A DNA stretch of 64,000 nt, from assembly GCA_964348415.1 (NCBI GenBank), contig CAYGCR010000010.1, positions 2,385 to 66,384 on the forward strand, in the 5' to 3' direction. The stretch comes from an uncultured Ignavibacteria bacterium. GTDB lineage: Bacteria > Zixibacteria > MSB-5A5 > SM1-73. A model generated the notes under the pieces. That model saw nothing but the letters and a program-made list of their open reading frames with translations. It was not told the origin of the DNA and did no database searches. Both the position numbers and the translations under genes were made by a program. This document shows, in pieces, positions 1-9,203 of the stretch. Each line of letters starts with the position of its first letter. Position 1 is the stretch's first letter.

Positions 1-924
1 TTCAGGGCAGGCCTGATTTGTCCCAATCAAATCCATCCCGACACCAGGCGACTGTTCAATAAGGACCTGCTCGACGGCATGAGGTCGGATTCGGAGAATC
101 GTCGAGGCAAGCATCCAGCCGAGTACGGAGCTTGTGCAGAGATACTCAGCAAGCCCAGGCCCAATTGGTCCGAGGTTGCGGAAGCATGTGCTATCTTAAG
201 AAACTACATCTCCGACAGCGAAGCAAGCTTCGGAGACTTCGACAGAGACTACGTCAGAACAAGCGAAACCGGTTCCTGGGCAGATGAGAACCTGCGCAAA
301 ATTCTGGAGATGTTTGCGTATCCCAACGGTCCGCGTTTGATCGGGCGAGTGAGTGATCAACACACTGAAGAAACGACCACAGACTACGCCGAGGATATCT
401 ACAAGGACCTTGCTGAAGGGTGCTTGGTGGTACTTGACCAATCCAGCGGGGATTTTGAGATCAACAAGGCAGCAGCTGACCGGGTGATGCGCGTGATCTT
501 CGAACATAATCGGACTGAGTTTCGAAACGCTAAGACCCCACCGGAAATATTGCTCTACGTAGAGGAAGCCCACAACATACTCCCGTCCTCAAGAGAACTT
601 GACACGCAGGATATATGGGTAAAAACCGCGAAGGAGGGCGCAAAGTATCATGTAGGCCTTGTTTATGCCACGCAGGAGGTCAGTTCTATTCAGCCCAACA
701 TTCTACGCAATACGGCGAACTGGTTCATTGGACACCTTAATAACACGGATGAAACCAGAGAAATAAGAAAGTTCTATGATTTCGCCGATTTCGAACGGAG
801 CATACTTCGAGCCCAGGACAAAGGGTTTCTTCGAGTCAAAACACTCTCGAATCCGTACATCGTACCAGTTCAGGTGGACCTATTCACGATTGGGCCGGAG
901 AGCGCCGGGACCAAGGAGGAGTGA
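1..924 (+). CDS. HerA/FtsK-like (DUF87) ATPase, C-terminal part (5' end outside window)
   Basis: Frame is open from base 1. Walker [11 protein letters not shown], then [15 protein letters not shown] (HerA/VirB4-type motif). Stop overlaps the next start (TGATG). Confidence 0.85.
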   Translation, partial: FRAGLICPNQIHPDTRRLFNKDLLDGMRSDSENRRGKHPAEYGACAEILSKPRPNWSEVAEACAILRNYISDSEASFGDFDRDYVRTSETGSWADENLRKILEMFAYPNGPRLIGRVSDQHTEETTTDYAEDIYKDLAEGCLVVLDQSSGDFEINKAAADRVMRVIFEHNRTEFRNAKTPPEILLYVEEAHNILPSSRELDTQDIWVKTAKEGAKYHVGLVYATQEVSSIQPNILRNTANWFIGHLNNTDETREIRKFYDFADFERSILRAQDKGFLRVKTLSNPYIVPVQVDLFTIGPESAGTKEE

Positions 925-2273
925 TGCCTTACGAAGGGGAGTTCGCTGCCTATCGGCCGTTGCATCGCATAACTGAGTCTGAGCGGGTGAAGGAGCTTCT
1001 GGGTCGCGCGAAGGTTCACAAACGACGCATCGATGAAACTCTCGCGCCTCCCCCCCCGGCTCCTCCGCCGGTCCACGAGTTGCCCAAGTTTATTCTCGCT
1101 ATCGACGGGAGCAGGGCTGAGGTTGACGTGCGAACCGGCTATCCCGGGGCCAAGATAGGATACTGCACCGTGGCTAGCGTACTTATCGACCTTGCTTTGG
1201 TGAGCAAACTGGACGCGAATCGTCCGGCTGATCCGCAGAGGATGCGAGAGACCGAAGAAGCCGCTACCATAGATGCCGCCTTCCCCGGTACCAATGTCGT
1301 TACCCGCAGACAAACGTCGGCTTCCGCTTCGTTTAGGGAAGAGCTTTACGATCATTTCCGCAATGTGGTGGTGGACGAAGAGGAGGGGATTCCCCTCATC
1401 GACACATACGAGGCTCTCTTGGCCTTGAAGCCTAGAAGCAGCCCGCCGAAGTGTCCGTACTCAGAGTCAGATGGATGCGACGGGCGTCTGGTCATTACCG
1501 AGGGACATGCCGTTTGCGACAAGTGCAAGCATCCTGTTTTCTCAACTGATGCCCTTCGCATTCATGAACGATATCGAGATTTTGGCTCGAACGGCGAAGC
1601 GTTTGGTCTGGTAACGGAGGTCTGGGCTCGAATTCTCTTAATCCATCTTCTGCGGTGCTTCGAACGGCGGCGTCTGCTCGATCGAATGGATAAGCTTGCC
1701 TTCTTTGTTGACGGTCCGCTCGCGATTTTTGGGCCTCCGGCATGGCTCAGCGCAGCCATAAGCTTTGAGCTAAAACGCATCAATTCGTTGGTGCAAGCAG
1801 AGACGGGCAATGATCTTATCATCCTGGGGATCGAAAAAACGGGAGAGTTCGTAGCTCATTTTGATGAGATAGATCAGACAGAGACGCCGGGACAACTGCT
1901 GTTTTCCCCTGGGAATTACATGCTTCTCTCGGACCGCTACATAAAGGAGCGAATCCAGCAATCGGCCAGCCTGAAACGTTATGGTCAAGATACTTACTTT
2001 GGACGCAAGTTCTTTTACAAAACACACTCAGGCGCCCGCATCGTTGCCAATCTTCCGTTCCTTAGTGACGAACAGGACACACTCAAGTCTGAAGATATCG
2101 GCCTCTATCCTCAGTTTGGCACCATGTGTTCCTTACTTGACAAGTTGGTCTCCTCTCGCTATCCTAACGCCTTAGCACCTCTGGTATCCGCGCATGCGCA
2201 TGCGGCTATTCCTCTCCGTCTGGGCGCCAAGGTGCTTCAGCAGCTTGCGAAAGCGCTTCTCGGAGAAGACTAG
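924..2273 (+). CDS. NurA-domain nuclease with a Cys-rich insertion
   Basis: LAIDGS, FFVDGPL, LGIEKTG and C-terminal YPNALAPLVSAHAHAAI match NurA RNase H-like motifs. CPY..C...CDKC insert. Coupled to the HerA gene. Confidence 0.85.
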   Translation: MPYEGEFAAYRPLHRITESERVKELLGRAKVHKRRIDETLAPPPPAPPPVHELPKFILAIDGSRAEVDVRTGYPGAKIGYCTVASVLIDLALVSKLDANRPADPQRMRETEEAATIDAAFPGTNVVTRRQTSASASFREELYDHFRNVVVDEEEGIPLIDTYEALLALKPRSSPPKCPYSESDGCDGRLVITEGHAVCDKCKHPVFSTDALRIHERYRDFGSNGEAFGLVTEVWARILLIHLLRCFERRRLLDRMDKLAFFVDGPLAIFGPPAWLSAAISFELKRINSLVQAETGNDLIILGIEKTGEFVAHFDEIDQTETPGQLLFSPGNYMLLSDRYIKERIQQSASLKRYGQDTYFGRKFFYKTHSGARIVANLPFLSDEQDTLKSEDIGLYPQFGTMCSLLDKLVSSRYPNALAPLVSAHAHAAIPLRLGAKVLQQLAKALLGED

Positions 2274-2274
2274 G

Positions 2275-3384
2275 ATGCGGGATAAGGCTAGGAAATATGA
2301 CAGCGCAGAAAGTCGTTGGGCTGGAGTGGGCCCCTACTACGCGATGTTTCCCGCGAGCTTTGCCGATTCGGTTGTGAAACAGTATACAGAACCCGGGGAT
2401 GTAGTCCTCGACCCTTTTGCAGGACGGGGCACGGCGGTGTTTAGTGCGGCGGCCCAAGGGCGGATCGGCGTTGGAATCGAGGTCAATCCGGTGGGTTGGG
2501 TTTACGCGAAGGCTAAACTCCGGGCGGCAAAAGAAGATTCCGTAAGCCAGAGAATAGATCAGTTTGCTTCGCAATCCCCGGCGTATTCTGAAGAGGCGAA
2601 AAACCTGCCGCCTTTCTTCAAGCGCTGTTTCAGCTTGCGGGTGAGGCAGTTCCTTGTTGCTGCGCGGGCTCAACTGGATTGGCGACGGCGCACTGTCGAC
2701 TGGACTACAATGGCGTTGCTGCTTGTCTATCTTCATGGAAAGCGTGGGGATTCATTGTCGAATCAGATGCGGCAGACGAAGTCTATGTCTCCTCCGTATG
2801 CTATATCCTGGTGGAATGCTCGAAAAATGTTGCCTCCCAACATCGACCCCGCGCAATTCATGCAGAAAAGGATAAGGTGGCGGTTCGCCAAAGGACCTCC
2901 CAAGCGGTCCAAAAGCCGGGTCTACTTAGGCGACTCAAACAGAGTCCTTCGCCGCGTTGCCAAGTCGCTGGGCGGCTTTAGCAAGAGACCCGTTCGCCTC
3001 CTGTTCACGTCGCCGCCCTATTATGGCGTCACAAACTATCATTATGATCAGTGGCTCCGCCTGTGGCTGCTCGGGTTCTCGCCTGTGCCCGTTGCCAGTC
3101 CCGGAAGATACAGTGGTCGCTTTGGTGATCGTGCTGAATACCGTAATTTGCTGAATGGGGTGTTTCAAAAGGCTTCCCGGCTTTTACGAAAGGATGGTGT
3201 AGTCTACGTGCGCACCGACGGCCGCCAGTTTACATACGACACGACCATAGACGTGCTGCAAGCGGTTTTTCCCGAAAAGAACTTAACGGTGTTGACGCAA
3301 CCCTTCCGTAAGCCGACTCAAACGCATCTGTTCGGCGACAAAACTCCCAAGATTGGCGAGGTTGACATTATCCTGCAGCCGTGA
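2275..3384 (+). CDS. DNA methyltransferase, amino (probably N4-cytosine), alpha-type motif order
   Basis: YYAMFP, VLDPFAGRGT (SAM binding) and LLFTSPPY (catalytic). ATG lies 1 nt after the nurA stop. Confidence 0.88.
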   Translation: MRDKARKYDSAESRWAGVGPYYAMFPASFADSVVKQYTEPGDVVLDPFAGRGTAVFSAAAQGRIGVGIEVNPVGWVYAKAKLRAAKEDSVSQRIDQFASQSPAYSEEAKNLPPFFKRCFSLRVRQFLVAARAQLDWRRRTVDWTTMALLLVYLHGKRGDSLSNQMRQTKSMSPPYAISWWNARKMLPPNIDPAQFMQKRIRWRFAKGPPKRSKSRVYLGDSNRVLRRVAKSLGGFSKRPVRLLFTSPPYYGVTNYHYDQWLRLWLLGFSPVPVASPGRYSGRFGDRAEYRNLLNGVFQKASRLLRKDGVVYVRTDGRQFTYDTTIDVLQAVFPEKNLTVLTQPFRKPTQTHLFGDKTPKIGEVDIILQP

Positions 3385-3491
3385 TTTCCGGTAATTGGGT
3401 TGGTCTGTCGCTTGCGGCGACAATCAAAAACTCTCTCTTTTCTGGCCCGGGGGCGTATAATACATATAAAATTGGAGAGTTGGGTCAGCTT

Positions 3492-5309
3492 ATGAGAAAG
3501 TTGTTGTCGCTTGTCTTCTTGTTCATTCTGCTTTTCTGCTTCTTGTCTTTTGCCTCGGCGCAGGTGCCGGAAAAGCTTCGCATCAACATGGACCTGGCAA
3601 GGGAGCTTATGCGGGTGGGTCAGCCTGCAGAGGCGGTCAAAATAATAAGTCAGCTCATAGACGTCTATGGCGAGACGAGGGAACTGCGCGAGCTTCTTAA
3701 AGACGCATTGCTTTCCCTCAAGGAATATGATAAGGTAGAGGGCATGATCAAAGAGGACATATCCCGCGCGCCCAATGACTGGCAGCTCTATACCCAGCTT
3801 GGCAACGTATACCTGCAAACTCAGCGGATGGAGGAAGCCAAACAGAACCTGAACCGGGCCATCGAGCTTGTGCCCGACCAGAAGTTTTCTTACCAGGAAG
3901 TGGCTAACGTGTATCTGAGAAACAGCTTGAGATCGGAAGCTATGGATACATATAAGTTGGCCCGGATGAAGATGGACGTGGCCAACGTCTTCGCTCTGGA
4001 GCTTGCCGGGCTGTATGAGCAGTTGTTCGATTACAAGCAGGCGGTGGATGAGTACTTCCTTTTCATGGGCACCGATTCCACCAAGTTCGACCTGGTGGAG
4101 GACCGCATCAACCGGATGATCGAAACCGACCAGCTTCTGGATCAGATCGAGTTGGCTTTAAGTGAGAGGATCACCAAAAATCCGCGTGACAGGTATTCTC
4201 ATAAGCTGATCGGAGACCTGTCCTTCAGGAGGCATGATCTGGACGGTGCATTCCAGTCTTACAAGACGGTGGACGAGCTTTCCAAAGCCCAGGGAAGGTT
4301 CATCCTGACGTTCGTCCAGAGATGCCTTAACGAGGGGCTGTATGATCAGGCCATAAAATCCAGCCAGTATCTTCTCTCGGTGCAGTCTCCCGAAGACGTT
4401 ACCGCGGCCGCAGAGTTGTACATAGCGCGCTCATACCAGGGACAGGAAAAATTCGACGATGCAATCAGAGCTTACCAGGGGATAATAGACAAGTACCAAG
4501 CTCCTTTTACCGATGAGATTGCGTACGCCTATTTCCAGATCGGGGAGATCAATCTTTTCCAATTCAGAAAGCCAGAGGACGCATTTCCGCGCTATGAATA
4601 TGTGGTGCAACGCCTGCAGGGTTCTGCCCTTTATGCTGACGCCCTGGTGAGGTTGGGCGACTGCATGATAGCGAAACGGGATCTGGACAGCGCTCAGACT
4701 CTTCTGACCGGAGCCTCAAGAGATCCCAAAGCAGAGCCGAAGATGGAGGAGATTCAATACAAGCTGACCGAGATTGCGTTCTTTGAGGGCAACTTCGAGG
4801 CAGCCCTGGAAGGATATAACCGGGTGATAGCGGATTTCCCCAAAGGCTTCTATGTGAACAACAGCCTGGAGCGAACCATCCTGATCGGCGAGCACCAGGA
4901 TTTGGACAGGCCTCTACTCGCCACGTTTGCCGAGGCCCTGCTGGAGAAAGCTCAGGGGAAAACCGAGTCTGCCATCTCCAAGCTGGACGGGCTGATCTCA
5001 GCCAAAGCAGAGAAGCTGTCTGACCTGGCGCAGATGGAAAAAGCGAAGATATATAAAGAGGAAAAGAAATATTCCGAGTCCCTGAAAGCTCTGAACAAGC
5101 TGTTAGAAGAATACCCCCAAAGCTTTCTCTGCCCCCAGGCGCAGATGATGGTCGGGGATTTGTACAATTATCACCTCAACGACAGGAATAAAGCCATTGA
5201 GGCATACCAGAAGCTTTTGAAGGAGTACGATCGTTCGGTCTATGTGGACCAGGTGAGAGACAGGCTGAGGGAACTGAAGGCAGAAATATCCCCCCCTTCC
5301 TCAGGATAG
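3492..5309 (+). CDS. Secreted tetratricopeptide-repeat protein
   Basis: Signal peptide MRKLLSLVFLFILLFCFLSFASAQ, many TPR-like helices, TATAAT upstream. Confidence 0.85.
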   Translation: MRKLLSLVFLFILLFCFLSFASAQVPEKLRINMDLARELMRVGQPAEAVKIISQLIDVYGETRELRELLKDALLSLKEYDKVEGMIKEDISRAPNDWQLYTQLGNVYLQTQRMEEAKQNLNRAIELVPDQKFSYQEVANVYLRNSLRSEAMDTYKLARMKMDVANVFALELAGLYEQLFDYKQAVDEYFLFMGTDSTKFDLVEDRINRMIETDQLLDQIELALSERITKNPRDRYSHKLIGDLSFRRHDLDGAFQSYKTVDELSKAQGRFILTFVQRCLNEGLYDQAIKSSQYLLSVQSPEDVTAAAELYIARSYQGQEKFDDAIRAYQGIIDKYQAPFTDEIAYAYFQIGEINLFQFRKPEDAFPRYEYVVQRLQGSALYADALVRLGDCMIAKRDLDSAQTLLTGASRDPKAEPKMEEIQYKLTEIAFFEGNFEAALEGYNRVIADFPKGFYVNNSLERTILIGEHQDLDRPLLATFAEALLEKAQGKTESAISKLDGLISAKAEKLSDLAQMEKAKIYKEEKKYSESLKALNKLLEEYPQSFLCPQAQMMVGDLYNYHLNDRNKAIEAYQKLLKEYDRSVYVDQVRDRLRELKAEISPPSSG

Positions 5310-5361
5310 CCTGCGGATTCACGGCAATTCAAGACTCGATCTGATGGCACTTCCGAAACGG

Positions 5362-5622
5362 TCAGTTGGAGGTCCCGACCTTCTCCTCGTGGGGCTGGTT
5401 TCCGGTCAACTCCACGATCTGGGCTTGCAGCTCCTGGATCTTCTCTTGGGTGTTCTCTCTTTGGGCAAGCCTAATCTTGGTGCTGGTTCTGACCAGAAGC
5501 CCCAGAGAGACCAGCATGAACAGGACGGAATTGACTTTCCTGAATATCTCGCCGAAAGCGAAGATGGAATCCAGAAAGGCCGCGATACCCAGAAACAGAA
5601 GTACTGAGCACCAGATAAGCAT
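5362..5622 (-). CDS. Small membrane protein (2 TM segments plus coiled coil)
   Basis: Strong RBS AAAGGAGGAG before the ATG at 5622; two hydrophobic segments. Confidence 0.7.
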   Translation of the reverse strand: MLIWCSVLLFLGIAAFLDSIFAFGEIFRKVNSVLFMLVSLGLLVRTSTKIRLAQRENTQEKIQELQAQIVELTGNQPHEEKVGTSN

Positions 5623-5781
5623 AGCTCCTCCTTTTGGGTTAAGAAGTCTCCATCCCCTTGTAGTGTTTTTCGGATATTTTTGTGGATACCTTAACCATTT
5701 TCGGTATAAGAAAGGTTTCCGTGTTCTGATCGACACGTGGCATAGATGTAGACGACATGTTTAACGCGAAGCGATTTGCAG

Positions 5782-5879
5782 CACCCTCCCCTGGCCCCTC
5801 CCATCAAGGGACGGGATCATTGCTGCGGCTGGCCTGGCGTAGGGAGCGATAGTTGTAGCGTCCGAGCTTGTCTCGGACG
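5782..5879. repeat. REP-like hairpins (CCCTC family and GTAG-foot family)
   Basis: caccctcccctggcccctcccatcaagggacggga and gtagcgtccgagcttgtctcggacg; the latter recurs at 14837-14861. Confidence 0.65.
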
Positions 5880-5897
5880 ACCGTGCTTGTTTTTAAA

Positions 5898-5925
5898 TTG
5901 ACAACAGGGGGAATGTGGCTATATT
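5898..5925 (+). promoter_or_regulatory. Sigma70-type promoter
   Basis: TTGACA-N16-TATATT upstream of the DUF2723 gene. Confidence 0.55.
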
Positions 5926-5988
5926 ATGCTACTTGTTCGATGTGCATCAAACCATGCATACCCTGAAGAGAAACTTGGGAGAGTAACA

Positions 5989-8553
5989 GTGGCGGAAAGC
6001 TTTCGCAAGTGGTACGAAAAGCAGGATCGGGTTTCCCTTCTGATTTCGCTGTTCGTTTTTTTGCTAAGTTTGGGTGTGTATCTCAGGACGATGGCCCCCA
6101 CGGTCTCCTTCTGGGACTGTGGAGAGTTCATTGCCTGCTCCTACATATTGGGTATCCCTCATCCCCCGGGAAGCCCGCTTTTCATAGCCATAGGGCGGAT
6201 ATTCAGCATTATTCCGTTTTTTGACCAGATTGCGGCCAGGGTTAACCTGATCTCAGCTGTAACCTCGGCGCTGGCGGTGTGGTTGTCCTACCTCGTGATC
6301 GTAAAACTGACCAGCAGATGGGGCAAGGACGATCAGAGCCTGTGGCTGAGACTGGGACGCTACGCAGGAGGAATCGTGGGGAGCTTCTTCGTGGCCTTCT
6401 CCATGACCTTCTGGTCGAATGCGGTGGAGACTGAGGTGTACGGCCTGTCCATGTTTCTTATGATGTTGATTCTGCTTCTGGCGCTTTTTTGGATGGATCG
6501 TCGAACGACTCCCGGCGGAGATAAGCTTCTGATCCTGATAGCCTATCTGGCCCTTTTGTCCACCGGAATTCATATGACCATCTTTCTAATCATGCCGGCG
6601 ATTTTTCTCCTGGTGTTGCTGACTGACCGGGGGAAGCTTCTGGACTGGCGCTTCTGGATTACCGGGCTGGTTCTGGCCATGGTGGTTCACCGGGTCACTC
6701 CATTCCTGATCGCTCTGGGAGCATGGCTGCTGCTCACCGGGGTGTTCACGTTTTCATCGAGCCGAAGAAGAGCCTGGGCGCTTTGCTTCCTGATAACGTG
6801 CGCGGGCATGATGGGCTATTCCACCCAGCTTTTCATTCCCATAAGATCTTCACTTGATCCTGCCATCGATGAGAACGACCCCGACGACTGGCCAAGCTTT
6901 AAAGCATTCCTGGAGCGGAGTCAGTACGGGCAGGAGAGCATGATAACTCGCATGTTTTACCGGAGAGGTATCTGGGCGAACCAGTTCGGGACCAAGGACA
7001 GGATGGGATTCTGGGGATTCTTTCGGGAACAGTACATGCACAGAAGTCTCTGGTTTATCCCGGTGTTCCTGGGGCTTTTTGGGGTTTGGGAGCAGATCAG
7101 AAGAAGGCAAAGGGAGGGGGTGGTGCTTCTCCTGCTTGTCTTTGCCTGCACGGTGGGCTTGGTTTTCTACATGAATTTCGCGGACGGAACCCGACCAGAC
7201 CGGCTGACCGGCGAGATCATTCGGCTGGAGGTGAGAGACCGGGACTATTTCTTCACTCCCGGATTCATGTTCTTTGCCCTGGCTATGGGGTTGGGGGCGT
7301 TTGGAATCGTGCGGAATCTGGGCAATTGGGTCTTAAGAAAATCCAAATCCCTTCAGCTGGTTCTGGGAGTGGTAGTAGCCGTCTTGCTGGTCTTGCCCTT
7401 GTTGGCTCTGAAAAAGAACTTCAAGCGGAACGATCGCACCGGAAACTGGATTCCTTATGATTACGCCTACAATCATCTGATGAGCTGCGATCAGGATGGC
7501 ATGCTCATCACCAACGGGGACAACGATACCTTCCCTCTTTGGTTTTTGCAGAACGTGGAGAAGATAAGGCAGGATGTGAGGATAATCAACTTGAGCTTAC
7601 TCAACGCGGATTGGTATATCCTGCAGTTGAAGAACATCTGGAACGTTCCCATCGATCTCAAGTATGAGGAGATCAAAGGAATTCCCACCAAAATGTCGGA
7701 CGGAAGATGGGTTCCTCGTCCCAGGGTGCCTTATTTTGACGAGATTCGGAAGCGGAAGACCTTTCTTTTCCCTTACTACGATGAAAAGCCCGGAAGGGTA
7801 ATGAGGATTCAGGATCAGATGGTAGAGCAGATCCTTCTGGCTAACCAGTGGAGATACCCGTTCTATTTTTCGCGAACCACGCCTTCCAGCAACCGGGTGG
7901 GGTTGGACGACCACGTGAAAAGAGAAGGTCTGGTCGACCGGGTGGTGCCGGAGGAAGGGAAGAATATGATGGACCCGGAAAGGTTCCATAAGAATCTGTG
8001 GGAGGTCTATCAATACCGGGGGCTGGCGGATATGGACGTTTCAAAAGACGACAATACTGCGGGTCTTCTGATGAATTATTCGGAGAGATTCATCGAACTG
8101 TCTGATTACTACTCGAGAAATGGTGAGAAGGACAACGCCAGAGAGCAGTTGGAAAAGGCCGTTTCGCTCCTTCCTGATTACTACCGAAGCCACCTGATGC
8201 TGTATAAGCTATATGTCGACGAGGGGGATAGCGCAAAAGCGGACAGCCTGCTGAATGGCTACGAGGCGCGGATGAAAACCCTGGTCAGAAAGTATCCCGA
8301 GATCCTTCTGTACTATCATTACCTGGCCCTGGCGTACCAGGCGCGGGAGAAGTTCGATCAGGCAGAGAGGATCATGCTGCAAGCATACCGCATAAATCCT
8401 TCCGATCAGATGACCTTCCAGATATTGAGACAGATATATCTTTATGATCAGCAGTTTGACAAACTGGTCCCGCTTTTAGAAGACTGGCTTGCCGACCATC
8501 CCGAGGACGGACAGTCCCGAAGACTTCTGGAGACTTATAAAAAGCCACGATAG
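5989..8553 (+). CDS. DUF2723/TMEM260-like GT-C membrane glycosyltransferase with C-terminal TPRs
   Basis: APTVSFWDCGEFIA...GIPHPPGSPLF, AVETEVY, EVRDRDYFF and TNGDNDTFPLW motifs; many TM helices. Confidence 0.9.
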   Translation: MAESFRKWYEKQDRVSLLISLFVFLLSLGVYLRTMAPTVSFWDCGEFIACSYILGIPHPPGSPLFIAIGRIFSIIPFFDQIAARVNLISAVTSALAVWLSYLVIVKLTSRWGKDDQSLWLRLGRYAGGIVGSFFVAFSMTFWSNAVETEVYGLSMFLMMLILLLALFWMDRRTTPGGDKLLILIAYLALLSTGIHMTIFLIMPAIFLLVLLTDRGKLLDWRFWITGLVLAMVVHRVTPFLIALGAWLLLTGVFTFSSSRRRAWALCFLITCAGMMGYSTQLFIPIRSSLDPAIDENDPDDWPSFKAFLERSQYGQESMITRMFYRRGIWANQFGTKDRMGFWGFFREQYMHRSLWFIPVFLGLFGVWEQIRRRQREGVVLLLLVFACTVGLVFYMNFADGTRPDRLTGEIIRLEVRDRDYFFTPGFMFFALAMGLGAFGIVRNLGNWVLRKSKSLQLVLGVVVAVLLVLPLLALKKNFKRNDRTGNWIPYDYAYNHLMSCDQDGMLITNGDNDTFPLWFLQNVEKIRQDVRIINLSLLNADWYILQLKNIWNVPIDLKYEEIKGIPTKMSDGRWVPRPRVPYFDEIRKRKTFLFPYYDEKPGRVMRIQDQMVEQILLANQWRYPFYFSRTTPSSNRVGLDDHVKREGLVDRVVPEEGKNMMDPERFHKNLWEVYQYRGLADMDVSKDDNTAGLLMNYSERFIELSDYYSRNGEKDNAREQLEKAVSLLPDYYRSHLMLYKLYVDEGDSAKADSLLNGYEARMKTLVRKYPEILLYYHYLALAYQAREKFDQAERIMLQAYRINPSDQMTFQILRQIYLYDQQFDKLVPLLEDWLADHPEDGQSRRLLETYKKPR

Positions 8554-8691
8554 GATGGACTCAGACCGTTTGTTCCCCGAAAGCTGAGTCGATAGTGCTT
8601 TGCTTCTGGTAGATGTTATCAGCCACGAATGTTTGGTCACAGAAAAGAGGGGCTGAGGACGATAACCTTTCCGGCCAGGGGCAAGCAGAGT

Positions 8692-8798
8692 CTGGAGTGT
8701 TCACCTTCAGGTGAACCTCAAGGAAGCTCGTTCTCCTCAGGTAGCTTGGGGTCAAGCTGAAGTCGTAGATCCCGCCCTGGCGGGGCTTGACACTCCAG
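8692..8798. repeat. REPIN-like inverted doublet of GGAG-foot REPs
   Basis: ctggagtgttcacc-ttca-ggtgaacc ... ggtcaagctgaa[..]gcttgacactccag; related copies at 9022-9120 and 19065-19230. Confidence 0.7.
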
Positions 8799-8922
8799 GA
8801 AAGTCTTTCTCCAGTTTGGATTCTTCAGATAATTCTTCAGCTTGTAGGCCCTGCTAAAGCTCCGGTGGAAAACTGTCGAGAATAAATATGGGATTACTCC
8901 CAACTAATTCTTTCAGTTCCGG

Positions 8923-8960
8923 ACAGAGTTTCGCCTCCGGCGAAGCTCTGTTTTATTTTT
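8923..8960 (+). terminator. Intrinsic terminator
   Basis: acagagtttcgcc-tcc-ggcgaagctctgt followed by a T tract. Confidence 0.65.
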
Positions 8961-9021
8961 GCATTCAATGTCGGATGGGTCTTGCGACCATACTCCACGG
9001 ACGCACTCCAAAAGAAAAACG

Positions 9022-9120
9022 TGGAGTGTTCACCTGGAAATGAACCAGCTCCTTGTTTTGGGACAATTTCCGGTCAAGCTGAATTGGAAGATCCTGCCTT
9101 GGCGGGGCCTGATGCTCCAG
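9022..9120. repeat. Second, degenerate REPIN-like doublet
   Basis: tggagtgttcacc...ggtcaagctgaa..agatcctgccttggcggggcctgatgctccag is homologous to 8692-8798. Confidence 0.65.
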
Positions 9121-9203
9121 TCCGTCACCGGTAGGCGAAAAAAACGGTCAACCTTACCGACATTGAGTTGACCGTCTTATCTGCGCCAATATTAGTTGGC
9201 GGG

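Noticed and set aside
3385..3491. tRNA or att site at the defence-cassette boundary
   Set aside because: No cloverleaf or direct repeat is recognisable; the other boundary is outside the window.
8692..9120. Tandem riboswitch or 6S RNA
   Set aside because: It lies 3' of two convergent genes, each unit is only about 100 nt, and its arms match REP hairpins elsewhere in the window.
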